Source: an uncultured virus (IMG/VR IMGVR_UViG_2684622675_000002) (lineage: Duplodnaviria; Heunggongvirae; Uroviricota; Caudoviricetes). From it: DNA of 64,000 nt. Numbering within the stretch: position 1 is the stretch's first letter; each line of letters starts with the position of its first letter. The position numbers and the translations under genes are program-made. The stretch is from positions 1 through 64,000 of the IMG/VR virus record IMGVR_UViG_2684622675_000002; one strand, given 5' to 3'. Below, piece after piece: positions 9,310-18,906 of the stretch. Below the pieces are notes generated by a model. The model worked only from the letters and a program-made list of their open reading frames with translations, made no database searches and was not told where the DNA came from.

Positions 9310-9819
9310 ATGGAAATTAACAACTGCAATAGTTTTATCAATGACAGTCGGCCAGTTATTGACGACAAATGTGATCATTCCTTATGCATTATTGATTCAT
9401 GGGGCGCTGCTGCCCGGGCAAGGTGTCGAGCGCCTTATACGCCACCTCTTAAGCCGCAGAAAGTTGTGATTCCCCCATCAAAGGTTACAAAAGTAAAAAG
9501 GCCTAAAGTAGTCAAAAAATCTGATACGTCATCAGCACTGCGTCTAAAGGCGAGTGAGTTGGTAGCAGTGATGATTGGCAAAAATTTGACATACACCGGT
9601 ATTCTTACCGCCCTTGAAAAATCGTATCCGGGCCACGGTATTACGTTACGTATGCTTCAAATGCGTATGATTGGCCTGATGAAATCACAACATGTTGAAA
9701 TCACTCGTCATGAAAAACCGGTACCGGAATTCACATTGCACAGTGTCAGTGAGCGTTTTTATGTAGATTCGAAATTAAGGGCTAAGAAGCGTGCAAAAGG
9801 CGATTCTGATGAGAACTAA
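9310..9819 (+). CDS. Hypothetical phage protein
   Basis: 169-aa ORF preceded by the RBS linker. Confidence 0.65.
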   Translation: MEINNCNSFINDSRPVIDDKCDHSLCIIDSWGAAARARCRAPYTPPLKPQKVVIPPSKVTKVKRPKVVKKSDTSSALRLKASELVAVMIGKNLTYTGILTALEKSYPGHGITLRMLQMRMIGLMKSQHVEITRHEKPVPEFTLHSVSERFYVDSKLRAKKRAKGDSDEN

Positions 9820-10116
9820 GCTAGTTCGAAACAAGTTTGTGTATAAAAAGATCGGCATGAAATATATGCATCGAACATTCCCAACCATGCCGCCAAATTC
9901 AAAGTTTTTGTTTTGGAACGCTGGTGATTATTACGGAAGGAAATACCGGAGGTATAGCTGAGTCATTGATAAGAAATAGCTGATATTCATACTTTTTATG
10001 TGGTTATATCCGTTTTTTGGAATGTGAAACTTTACTTAACAGAAGTGTGCATGAAATCGGTTGAATCAGGTCCCCAGTATGGGGTTGCAATATCATAAGC
10101 ATAAGGTGATAGCTTA

Positions 10117-10299
10117 ATGATTAATATGAAAAACTTGATTCAACATTTACCACTGAATGGTGCTGTTTTGATTCATTGCAAAAACGGTAAGATAGTGAGT
10201 ATTAAACAGATAAGAGCAGATCAGTTTGTGGCTAGCTTACCTGCATTTATCGAACTGGCAGAAAGAGCAGGGTACATCGTTACAAACCCTGATATTTAG
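10117..10299 (+). CDS. Hypothetical phage protein
   Basis: Short ORF with RBS. Confidence 0.5.
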   Translation: MINMKNLIQHLPLNGAVLIHCKNGKIVSIKQIRADQFVASLPAFIELAERAGYIVTNPDI

Positions 10300-10372
10300 C
10301 GGTATAATAGCAAAGCCAGCCTGAACAACTGGCAACCTAAGCAGTTGTTGTGTCATCACCCTTGGGGGCAAG

Positions 10373-10966
10373 ATGGCACAACTTTCATTTATCAAATCTG
10401 GCAATGAGACACTGACACCGGCCACACCCGATGTTAGAGATTTTCTGCATTATAAAGTTAAGCTGGGGGCTATTCTCACCGCTGATTTTAAGCAGGTTCG
10501 CAATCCGAAGTTTCACCGTAAATACTTCTCTTTACTAAATCTCGGTTTTGATTACTGGACACCCTCCGGTGGCACCATATCGCCGGAAGAAAAGAAACTG
10601 GTGCGCGGCTATGTAAACTATTTGGCTGAATACGCCGGTCATAGTGACACGTTGGAAGAGTTAGCCCGTCAGTATCTCGATACGTTGGCTGAGCAGCGAG
10701 CAGACCGTGTAACCCTCCTTAAATCCTTTGATGCATTCCGACGTTGGGCAACCATTCAAGCCGGTTACTTTGCCATTATTCAAATGCCGGACGGCTCCCA
10801 ATTTAAAGAACCTAAATCCATTTCGTTTGCATCGATGGACGACACCGAATTCTCCGAACTCTACAAAGCCACTCTTGATGTGCTCTGGCAATTTATCCTG
10901 AACAAAACCTTTAGTACGCCAGCTGCAGCCGAAAATGCCGCCAGCCAGCTATTAAGTTATGCATAG
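10373..10966 (+). CDS. DUF1367-family protein
   Basis: VRNPKFHRKYFSLLNLGFDYW; KSISFASMD. Confidence 0.85.
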   Translation: MAQLSFIKSGNETLTPATPDVRDFLHYKVKLGAILTADFKQVRNPKFHRKYFSLLNLGFDYWTPSGGTISPEEKKLVRGYVNYLAEYAGHSDTLEELARQYLDTLAEQRADRVTLLKSFDAFRRWATIQAGYFAIIQMPDGSQFKEPKSISFASMDDTEFSELYKATLDVLWQFILNKTFSTPAAAENAASQLLSYA

Positions 10967-10974
10967 GGGGATTT

Positions 10975-11259
10975 GTGGCTAATTTACGCAAAGAGGCAAA
11001 AGGGCGTGAGTGTCAGATAAGAATCCCCGGCATATGTAACGGCAACTCTGAAACCGTGGTTCTGGCTCATTACCGGCTAGCGGGAACCTGTGGCACCGCC
11101 ATCAAACCACCCGATGAGCAGGGGGCTTGGGGATGCGGTGCATGCCATGACGAATGTGACCGGCGCACCCGTTTAATTGATAGTGACACTGCCCGTTTGT
11201 ATCACGCCGAGGGCGTTATGCGCACACAGTATATTTTACGAAAGGAAGGGAAGTTATGA
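10975..11259 (+). CDS. DUF1364 (YbcO-like) putative nuclease
   Basis: LRKEAKGRECQIRIPGICN...VLAH...C..CHD. Confidence 0.88.
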   Translation: MANLRKEAKGRECQIRIPGICNGNSETVVLAHYRLAGTCGTAIKPPDEQGAWGCGACHDECDRRTRLIDSDTARLYHAEGVMRTQYILRKEGKL

Positions 11260-11654
11260 GAGCCGCACTGCAAAGCGTGCCGTCAGAGCAGCAAAAGCCA
11301 ATGCTTGATATTCAATATCTATTAGAGCTTTGGGGGGCATGGGCTGCCAATGATAATAGCCAGGTGGATTGGCAACCTATTGCCGCAGGCTTTAAGGGGT
11401 TACTCCCGTATACCAACAAGTCACGGCCACAGTGTTGTGATGATGACGGTATTATGATTGATGGCTGTGTGGCACGGCTGAAAAAGTATAAACCAGAAGA
11501 GTATGAGCTGGTGATTTTGCACTATGTATATGGTGTTTCACTGCGAATGATAGCTAAAAGGCGTAAGTGCTCAGATGGGACAATCAGAAAAGAGATGCAA
11601 ACGGCGCAGGGGTTTATTGGTGGGTGCTTGGCTATACTACACTCACATCGCTAA
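11256..11654 (+). CDS. Late antiterminator Q
   Basis: LELWGAWAA...IAAGFKGLLP...CCDDDG...CSDGTIRK. Confidence 0.88.
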   Translation: MRAALQSVPSEQQKPMLDIQYLLELWGAWAANDNSQVDWQPIAAGFKGLLPYTNKSRPQCCDDDGIMIDGCVARLKKYKPEEYELVILHYVYGVSLRMIAKRRKCSDGTIRKEMQTAQGFIGGCLAILHSHR

Positions 11655-11665
11655 TATTAAATTAC

Positions 11666-11693
11666 TTTGCCCATCAAAAAATGATGGGCAAAA
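11666..11693. terminator. Hairpin terminator between convergent Q and kwaB
   Basis: TTTGCCCATCA-loop-TGATGGGCAAA. Confidence 0.7.
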
Positions 11694-11696
11694 GAA

Positions 11697-12578
11697 TTAA
11701 TATGGTCTTTTCGAGTTTGATCGGAAAACTTTTTTACTAATCTCGGCAGTAAATATATCTTCATCAAGAAATGTTAAAAGTGCTTTTACTTCTTTCTTTG
11801 TACTTGGCATTGATATTTTTTCAACGCCATTCTCATTGTATGTTTGTAAGTCAAATTTTATTTTTTCTGCTGCTAATTTAAGAGTGCCAATATCATAATC
11901 ATCAAGTATTTTGGATTTGTTAATTAGAGTTATTTTTGTTCTGATTACGGTGTCCGCAATTATATTCATATCAAAACCGTCTGCAAGCTTAAATGCTTCA
12001 TGAGCACAGAAATCAGTTAAGTCTTTGTTTGTTGCCTCAGAGAAATAAATATCCATGTTAAATATGCTTCGTAGTTTCTGTAAGCTTTTGAATTTTATTT
12101 TCTTTCCGTGTATGGTGGCAACTAGCTTCTCGTCTATATTGAACCCCACAGAAGATGACATTGTGAAAACATTATTACTCAACCATAATGATTTTGACAC
12201 ATCAAGAATTTGACTTTTATTAAACGTCTGAAGTGCAATTTTATTACCATTTTTGGCATTTTCAACAGCCACAAATAATGCTTTAATATGCTCCATTGGA
12301 ACAGTCTTTGGATCCCATACAGGTACAGCGGTACTTCTTTTTATCGCATCAATTAGTTCATTTGTTTCTGCAAAATCATCTAAATAGAAACATTCACTAT
12401 AGCTGGGTTTATATCCGGCAAAAAATGAAATCTCAGTATCATTATGTGATTCAAATTTTGCATGTTGTTCATTAAACATCTTAACCAATTTTTGGTCAGT
12501 ATCTTTATCAGTATCAATTCTCATTATACGACTAGCTGTATTTCTATCCATGACTGCGAATAATGGCATTATCATCAC
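11697..12578 (-). CDS. kwaB: Kiwa anti-phage protein KwaB (DUF4868-like)
   Basis: F.IDEKL...LRSIF.M; C-terminal LLTFLDED; directly downstream of a 4-TM KwaA-like gene. Confidence 0.8.
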   Translation of the reverse strand: MMIMPLFAVMDRNTASRIMRIDTDKDTDQKLVKMFNEQHAKFESHNDTEISFFAGYKPSYSECFYLDDFAETNELIDAIKRSTAVPVWDPKTVPMEHIKALFVAVENAKNGNKIALQTFNKSQILDVSKSLWLSNNVFTMSSSVGFNIDEKLVATIHGKKIKFKSLQKLRSIFNMDIYFSEATNKDLTDFCAHEAFKLADGFDMNIIADTVIRTKITLINKSKILDDYDIGTLKLAAEKIKFDLQTYNENGVEKISMPSTKKEVKALLTFLDEDIFTAEISKKVFRSNSKRPY

Positions 12579-13094
12579 CTATTTAATATGTAAATACGTA
12601 TAATCAGTAAGTTTTATTGTTTTAAAATCTTTGTTTCTAACATCTGTTATTACGTCTTCTGATATAAGAACAAAACCTACACCAGTATCATCCTCGGCCT
12701 CATAAAATTTGTAACCAAGCATAGATAGTAGAGGGTTGAAATTGTAATTTTCAGAAAAACTTATATAGAACAATAATGAAGCATAGAAAAATAAAGCATA
12801 TTTCCAATCACTAGATATAGATTCAGTTCCAAGTAACGGGAATAAATAGCTCAAGAAGTAATTTGTAACCTCTTTATTTGCTGGCGAAATTGAATCTATA
12901 TTTTTATTGAGTTCAACAAGATTTCTTTTTGCAAATCGAATGAAAAATATACAGGAGAACCAACTTAGTAAGCAAATTGTTACGGATGAATAAACCAACC
13001 ACCGAGCATCTTTCACTAGCCCAATAAAAGCTAATGTAATACACACAGGTGCAATAGAGCTTGCTGTTAATAATAGCCGTGCGAATTTGTTCAT
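12579..13094 (-). CDS. kwaA: Kiwa membrane protein KwaA
   Basis: About 4 TM segments; SSIAP, YFLSYLFP and FNPLLSMLGYKFY motifs. Confidence 0.8.
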   Translation of the reverse strand: MNKFARLLLTASSIAPVCITLAFIGLVKDARWLVYSSVTICLLSWFSCIFFIRFAKRNLVELNKNIDSISPANKEVTNYFLSYLFPLLGTESISSDWKYALFFYASLLFYISFSENYNFNPLLSMLGYKFYEAEDDTGVGFVLISEDVITDVRNKDFKTIKLTDYTYLHIK

Positions 13095-13117
13095 GGCGGT
13101 AAACCTCTTTTAGGTAA

Positions 13118-13133
13118 CTGTTTATTTATACAG
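13118..13133. promoter_or_regulatory. LexA (SOS) box upstream of kwaA
   Basis: Minus strand TACTGTATAAATAAACAGTT = CTGT-N8-ACAG with AT-rich spacer. Confidence 0.75.
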
Positions 13134-13305
13134 TACACCTTGAGCGGGAGTAAACCAACGGCTAATTTTAGCATTCCATGCTCTACAGCTTTAAACATAA
13201 AATTATCTTACTAATAAGGACTATACAAAAATGCTAACGCGTACGCAAAAATAGTTATATTCTGATAAGAGTAGTAACTTAGTCATGTAGCTTACACACT
13301 TCAAC

Positions 13306-13340
13306 AAACCTCGCTTTTTGCGGGGTTTTGTCGTTTTTTT
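13306..13340 (+). terminator. Putative tR' terminator before the lysis genes
   Basis: AAACCTCGC-TTTT-GCGGGGTTT followed by T-rich tract. Confidence 0.65.
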
Positions 13341-13432
13341 CGCCCAGATAATCTGTAATACGCATAATTATCATGTAATTGTTGCGTATTTTCTTTTTGT
13401 TTCACACCCAACCCATCAGGGAGGGGGAGACT

Positions 13433-13648
13433 ATGAAAATGAGCAATATAACAACAGCGGTCTCCTATACCGTGTCGGGTGGTAGTTTCATTTTTTGGGT
13501 AAAAGAGCTGATAGCTGGATTCACCCCTGATGAGTGGACAGTTATTGGTGTGCTTGGCTCATTATTTTTTATGGCTCTGACATTCTTGCTTAATGCTGGT
13601 GTGAAGATTTGGGACCGCCGCCACGGCTATAAACCGGATGGTGAGTGA
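13433..13648 (+). CDS. Pinholin (phage 21 S-like) with Met-Lys-Met dual start
   Basis: Two TM segments, TPDEW..IGVLG; strong RBS; precedes SAR endolysin. Confidence 0.85.
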   Translation: MKMSNITTAVSYTVSGGSFIFWVKELIAGFTPDEWTVIGVLGSLFFMALTFLLNAGVKIWDRRHGYKPDGE

Positions 13649-14178
13649 TGGCATCAATAAAAACCAAACTCAGCGTCGCAGTTCTTGGTTTAGTTATAGC
13701 CGGTGCACCAGCATCAATCATTCTCAGCCAGTTTCTTGATGAAAAAGAGGGTAACAGGCTGGTGGCTTATCCCGATGGGAAGAATATTTGGACTATTTGC
13801 CGTGGTGCCACGCGAGTTGATGGCAAACCCGTAGTGAAAGGGATGAAGTTAACTTTGGAGAAATGCGCTGCAGTGAATAAGTTAGAGGCAGATAAAGCCA
13901 TTAGTTGGGTAAAGCAGAATGTCCGTGTCCCGCTAACTGATCCACAAATTGCCGGTATTGCTTCATTTTGCCCCTACAACATCGGCCCGAGTAAATGCTT
14001 TACCTCCACTTTTTATAAAAAACTCAATTCTGGTGACCGTAAAGGTGCATGCGCTGAAATCAAACGCTGGGTATATGACGGTGGTAAGGATTGCAATATT
14101 CGCTCTAACAATTGCTACGGGCAAATAGAGCGCCGCGCGCAAGAAAGTGAACTGACGTGCTGGGGGCTTGATGAATAA
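13645..14178 (+). CDS. SAR endolysin (GH24 lysozyme)
   Basis: N-terminal hydrophobic SAR segment; EG...AYPD...WTICRG catalytic E-D-T. Confidence 0.92.
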   Translation: MMASIKTKLSVAVLGLVIAGAPASIILSQFLDEKEGNRLVAYPDGKNIWTICRGATRVDGKPVVKGMKLTLEKCAAVNKLEADKAISWVKQNVRVPLTDPQIAGIASFCPYNIGPSKCFTSTFYKKLNSGDRKGACAEIKRWVYDGGKDCNIRSNNCYGQIERRAQESELTCWGLDE

Positions 14179-14503
14179 AGCCATTGGGATAGTCATTGCC
14201 GTGCTGGTGGTTATTGTATCAGTTCTACTTTTTAACAGTTACCGCCTCTCAAATAAGGTCGAAAAAGCGGGAAAGGCATTGAGTGATGAACAGGCTACCA
14301 CTACGGCGCTGGGTAACATCATCGATGCATACCAGGCGAATGAATCCGCCAACCGAGCAGCCACAACTCGCCAGCTAGAAAACGAAAGGAAACTCCGCAA
14401 TGAAAGTGAAGATCGGCTTAAGCGGTTTTTGGCGACGTCATCAGTTGATGAGTGTGCTATTCAGCGTATGCCTGACGCTGGCATTAACATCTTGCGCGAA
14501 TAA
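14168..14503 (+). CDS. Rz-like inner-membrane spanin
   Basis: N-terminal TM, coiled coil, C-terminal C...P; follows endolysin. Confidence 0.8.
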   Translation: MMNKAIGIVIAVLVVIVSVLLFNSYRLSNKVEKAGKALSDEQATTTALGNIIDAYQANESANRAATTRQLENERKLRNESEDRLKRFLATSSVDECAIQRMPDAGINILRE

Positions 14504-14708
14504 GTCGGCACCACGTCCCTTCGCTACTTGCCCTGTGTTATTACCCCCAGAGTCAGCATTAACTGAATGCGAGGTACCGGACTTTGTCGGTACTACATGG
14601 GGTGATAGCGGGCTGTATGCACTGGTTTTGAAACGCGAGTTGCGGATATGTAAGGGGCGGCTCGATGAGGTTATTCGCTGGCGACAGAACGCTGGGAGAA
14701 AAAAATAA
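14448..14708 (+). CDS. Rz1-like outer-membrane lipoprotein spanin
   Basis: Lipobox LTSC, Pro-rich; overlaps the Rz 3' end. Confidence 0.8.
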   Translation: MSVLFSVCLTLALTSCANKSAPRPFATCPVLLPPESALTECEVPDFVGTTWGDSGLYALVLKRELRICKGRLDEVIRWRQNAGRKK

Positions 14709-14918
14709 TTGTAAATTGAGAGCCACTTGCACAACGGCTCTCAATCATTACAGATAATGCGTGTCAATATTGAAGTTTTTTGTCTGCAGTAGCATGGTTG
14801 TAGCTCATGATTAAATAAGGAAATCAAGCTCCCTATCTCATTGTAAAATGCTACCGCCTCCGGGGGGTTTGTTACTGCCATTACAATAGACCTAGCCATT
14901 GTGATGGCAACATACAAA

Positions 14919-15248
14919 TTAAACGCATGGGCAGCACTTGATGGTAAGCCCCGTCTTTCCACATCCTACTTCCTTAGCATCCTCAAGAGTGAGGGTGCAT
15001 GCCTTTTGATATAGACCAGTGGTAAAGCCCACTTTGTCTAACTTGCTTGTCAATGGATTAATACTCTTACATGAAGCTCTATGAATTCGAGTACATCGAT
15101 CATCACTTTTTCTTCTTTGTGCTTTGGCGCTTTTGAGGAAGTTAACAACGAATCCATCCGGATGGTCTGCTAACCAATTTTGGTACATCTCTTCACTATT
15201 ATTCTGAATCTCACTACTGAAAATAGGAATACTCATAATCTTCTCCAT
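14919..15248 (-). CDS. Hypothetical moron protein
   Basis: Opposite strand; H.ASC and C-terminal CCPC. Confidence 0.65.
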   Translation of the reverse strand: MEKIMSIPIFSSEIQNNSEEMYQNWLADHPDGFVVNFLKSAKAQRRKSDDRCTRIHRASCKSINPLTSKLDKVGFTTGLYQKACTLTLEDAKEVGCGKTGLTIKCCPCV

Positions 15249-15608
15249 AGGTAGGTAATCCGGTATGAATATATAACAGGGCTATCTTATGACCAAACTA
15301 GATTGTGAAGAGATCGAATCGGCGTGCCAAGATAGCTTGATAATGTGCAAGCAAAGCCATCAGTAACACTTTCCAGTTTATGGGGTCAGTTCAAATAAGT
15401 AGGTGGCTTTTCTATATGGAGACGTGAAGGCAAAAGGCATGGCGTGGAACAAATAAGGAATCCCGGCACAGGTTGGTTTTTTATGCCCGTAGTAACAGCA
15501 CATTTTCGTGCGCAAATCAGCCAAGAGCCTTTCGGGTAGAGTTTTAGATAGAAAGCCATTTTACAATGGCTTTCTGGAGTATTTACTCTTTTGAATTACT
15601 GAATAATT

Positions 15609-15899
15609 TTACAGGGCTCTGCAGAAGAATACTTTAACCCAAGCTCCCGGTCCTGTTGGCATAAATTTATTTTCTGCTTGACTAGCTGCATCAGTTTCAT
15701 TATTGGCATTAAAAACACCATCCCATAGTCCAGAGTCTGTTGCATCACCGTGGGAACCACTACAAATGTATTGCTGAGATTTACTCTCTTTTGCATGAGA
15801 AGGTAATACAGTGAATACAGATAAGAAGCAAATTGCTGGTACTAGAATTTTTCGAAACGCAGTCAATATACTCATCTTTAATTCTCCCATTAATATCAT
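15609..15899 (-). CDS. Small exported moron protein
   Basis: Signal peptide ending SHA; two Cys in the mature part; AT-rich upstream region. Confidence 0.6.
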   Translation of the reverse strand: MILMGELKMSILTAFRKILVPAICFLSVFTVLPSHAKESKSQQYICSGSHGDATDSGLWDGVFNANNETDAASQAENKFMPTGPGAWVKVFFCRAL

Positions 15900-16480
15900 A
15901 TGTACAAAAAAATGCTGAGTAATAAATCAGCGCTTGTAACATATCACTACAAATTTATGACTATTTAAATTTTCCATAAACAGAATTACAGATAAATACG
16001 TTTTTTTAAAATTCTATTGCGCTAAATTTTTGGGCGATGATATCTGTTCGCATAATATCTCTAATAATTACAGATATACATGTCAATACTATTTATATTG
16101 ATGATAATAATTAGCCTTAAAATACTAATCTTAATAAATAAAAAGAGGTGATAAATAGAATGGATATCAGTTGGTGATTGTGACTCACTGATGGTGAGTT
16201 AATGGTTATCTTGTTTGAAGATAAATGCGTAGCTAATCGAAATACGATAGCAATACAGATGGTATTCACTGAGTGTCATCTGTAATGCGCAAGCAAAGCC
16301 ATCAGTAACACCTTCCGCCCACCTTGGGCATGGTTGCTGGTGGTTTTTTATTTAGGAAGGTGGGCGACCGCTGGTAGTTGTAGCTACTAACGGCCATTCA
16401 TACCCACAGGTTAGGTCATGAGTACGAACCAAGGCCCACTTGCTCTCGAGAGCAGGGTCATAATAGTTGGAACTTGCAAA

Positions 16481-16990
16481 ATGACCATAGAGAAAAATAA
16501 GAAAAGATTGGAGATAGTCTACAAACCTCTCAATTCGTTGATTGTTTATGTAAAAAACGCCAGAACGCACTCAACAGATCAGGTAAATGCGATTACTGCG
16601 AGTATTAAACAATACGGTTGGACTAATCCGGTATTGATTGATGAGAAGGGGGAGGTGATTGCTGGCCATGGACGTTTATTGGCTGCAGAACAATTAAATG
16701 CGAAAGAAGTACCAACTATCACTTTGGTTGGATTAACTGAAACAGAGAAAAAAGCCTATCGTCTTGCTGACAATAAATTGCCGCTTAATGCCGGATGGGA
16801 TCAGGAACTATTAACACTAGAGTTGGGTGATTTATTGGCAGACAATTTTGATCTTTCTCTCACTGGATTTTCATCAGAAGAGATAGATCAAATGTTGAAT
16901 GTCGATTTTTTGCCTGGTAACGAAAATGATCAGGGAAAGCTCGACCATCTGGATACCAAGCTTTGCCCACATTGTGGGGGTGTTCTATGA
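16481..16990 (+). CDS. ParB/Srx-like N-terminal domain protein
   Basis: NARTH, YGWTNPVLID, IAGHGRLLAA, YRLADNKL; C-terminal CPHCG. Confidence 0.88.
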   Translation: MTIEKNKKRLEIVYKPLNSLIVYVKNARTHSTDQVNAITASIKQYGWTNPVLIDEKGEVIAGHGRLLAAEQLNAKEVPTITLVGLTETEKKAYRLADNKLPLNAGWDQELLTLELGDLLADNFDLSLTGFSSEEIDQMLNVDFLPGNENDQGKLDHLDTKLCPHCGGVL

Positions 16991-17601
16991 CATCACTCAT
17001 AGTGGATTGGGCCACTCATCAGGCAGCCAGCTTTGCATGCCTTAACTGGCATTATGCCAAAGCGGTACCAGTGGGAAAATTGGTAAAGGTTGGTGCATGG
17101 GAAGATGGGAAATTTATTGGTGTCGTTATTTTTAGCCGCGGTGCCAATAACCATATCGGGCAACCTTACAGCTTGCAGCAGGATCAAGTGTGTGAACTGA
17201 CCCGCGTAGCATTACGGCAACACATATCGCCAGTTAGTCAGATATTGGCAAAAGCGATTAAATTTCTCGCTGATGTTTGTCCCGGTCTGCGGCTAATCGT
17301 TTCCTATGCAGATAAAGACCAAAATCATCATGGCGGAATTTATCAGGCTACCAACTGGATATATGAAGGACTATTTGGTGTAGGCACCTTAGGTGCTTTC
17401 ATTATCAATGGTAAGAAAACCCACCCGCGCAGTGTTGCTGCTAAAGGGGTAAAGCAAAGCCTTGAATCTGTCAGACAGTATTTAGACCCCAATGCTCAAG
17501 AGTTCAAAACATCAGGCAAGCATAAATATCTGATGCCTCTCGACAAGCAAATGAAAAAAATCCTGCTTTCACGTCATAAACCCTATCCCAAGAGGGCATG
17601 A
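16987..17601 (+). CDS. Mom-like (GNAT-fold) DNA modification protein
   Basis: WHY, ELTRVAL, VSYAD...HHGGIYQATNWIY, KHKY motifs. Confidence 0.75.
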   Translation: MTSLIVDWATHQAASFACLNWHYAKAVPVGKLVKVGAWEDGKFIGVVIFSRGANNHIGQPYSLQQDQVCELTRVALRQHISPVSQILAKAIKFLADVCPGLRLIVSYADKDQNHHGGIYQATNWIYEGLFGVGTLGAFIINGKKTHPRSVAAKGVKQSLESVRQYLDPNAQEFKTSGKHKYLMPLDKQMKKILLSRHKPYPKRA

Positions 17602-17864
17602 CGATGGATAAGCCGACGCTCGATAAAGTCGAGGCATTGGCAGGGCGTGGATTAACGGAACAGCAGATAGCCGACACATTGGAAATCGACATTGATATTT
17701 TAAGGAAGGATAAATCAGCAATCTCACTTTACCGGCTGGCCGTTCGCAGAGGAAAAGCTAAAGGGATAGCGGATATATCCAATTCTCTGTTTATCAAAGC
17801 CAAGAAAGGCGACACGCGAGCCATGATTTTCTTGCTGGAGCATTTAAAACCAAAATGTGAGTAA
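17598..17864 (+). CDS. Small HTH protein (terminase small subunit-like)
   Basis: HTH plus AKKGDTRAMIFLL. Confidence 0.6.
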   Translation: MTMDKPTLDKVEALAGRGLTEQQIADTLEIDIDILRKDKSAISLYRLAVRRGKAKGIADISNSLFIKAKKGDTRAMIFLLEHLKPKCE

Positions 17865-17867
17865 AAA

Positions 17868-18896
17868 ATGAAGAAGCCGGATTGGGAGGCGATAAAGCGC
17901 GAGTACTGTGCCGGACAACTTTCAATTCGGTCGTTAGCTGAAAAGCACGGTGTAAGTGATACAGCAATACGGAAAAGGGCTAAATCAGAAGAATGGGTTA
18001 AACCCGAAAAAGTTCGCACTACAAGTTCGCATAACTCTGGTGCGAACCAAAACGCGAACCTGCGAGCCAAAGCTAAAAAATCAATTTCTCCAATTGAAAA
18101 TCAAATCGATCCAAATTACTCACCAATTGAAAATCAAATTGAAGAAAGCTGCTCTATCGCCAGTAGATATGGGCTAAACGATATGCAGGCAAAATTTGTC
18201 AGTGAGTATTTAATTGATTTGGATAAGACAGCAGCTTATAAACGGGCCGGATATAAATGTGAGGGACTAACCGGTGCTGCCGCTGCCCGTCGGTTGTATC
18301 GCCATGTATCGGTAAACAAAGCCATACGTGACTCAATGGAAGCCAGAGAGAAACGGACGCACATCACGCAGGACGCTGTTTTAAATTGGTGGTGGGATAT
18401 TGCCACGGCCAACGCCAACGAAATTTCAGAGTTTCGTCGTTTATGTTGCCGTCACTGCTGGGGGATTGAGAATAAATACCAGTGGATTAACGAGCAGGAA
18501 TATCAGGAAGAGTCAGAGAAAAGAACCGATAACGGAAAACCTGCGCCATTGGATGATGGCGGTTACGGTTTTGACAGTACGCTCGATCCTAATCCAGATT
18601 GCCCACGTTGTAATGGTGAGGGGCAAGGTAGGGCGCATTTTCATGATTCGCGGGATTTATCAGTTTCCGCTCTTCGCCTTTATGCGGGTGTAAAGCAGGG
18701 CAAATTTGGCTTAGAGGTGATTACCCGCAATCAGGACGACGCGTTGAAAATGGTCGGTCAACATTTGGGTATGCTGAAAAATAAAACCGAAATCAGCGGC
18801 CCTGATGGCGGTGCCATTAACCAGGTGAATTACACGCCAGAAGATTATGCAAAAGCACAACTGGTGCTTGAGAGTAAATTGCCGGATTTGGATTGA
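17868..18896 (+). CDS. terS: Terminase small subunit
   Basis: PDWEAI N-terminus; FVSEYLIDL..TAAY.RAGY; TEISGPDGGAI C-terminus. Confidence 0.85.
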   Translation: MKKPDWEAIKREYCAGQLSIRSLAEKHGVSDTAIRKRAKSEEWVKPEKVRTTSSHNSGANQNANLRAKAKKSISPIENQIDPNYSPIENQIEESCSIASRYGLNDMQAKFVSEYLIDLDKTAAYKRAGYKCEGLTGAAAARRLYRHVSVNKAIRDSMEAREKRTHITQDAVLNWWWDIATANANEISEFRRLCCRHCWGIENKYQWINEQEYQEESEKRTDNGKPAPLDDGGYGFDSTLDPNPDCPRCNGEGQGRAHFHDSRDLSVSALRLYAGVKQGKFGLEVITRNQDDALKMVGQHLGMLKNKTEISGPDGGAINQVNYTPEDYAKAQLVLESKLPDLD

Positions 18897-18906
18897 CGTA
18901 GACCCA

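Noticed and set aside
18087..18142. Short duplication in terS (SPIENQI twice)
   Set aside because: In-frame linker duplication of little significance
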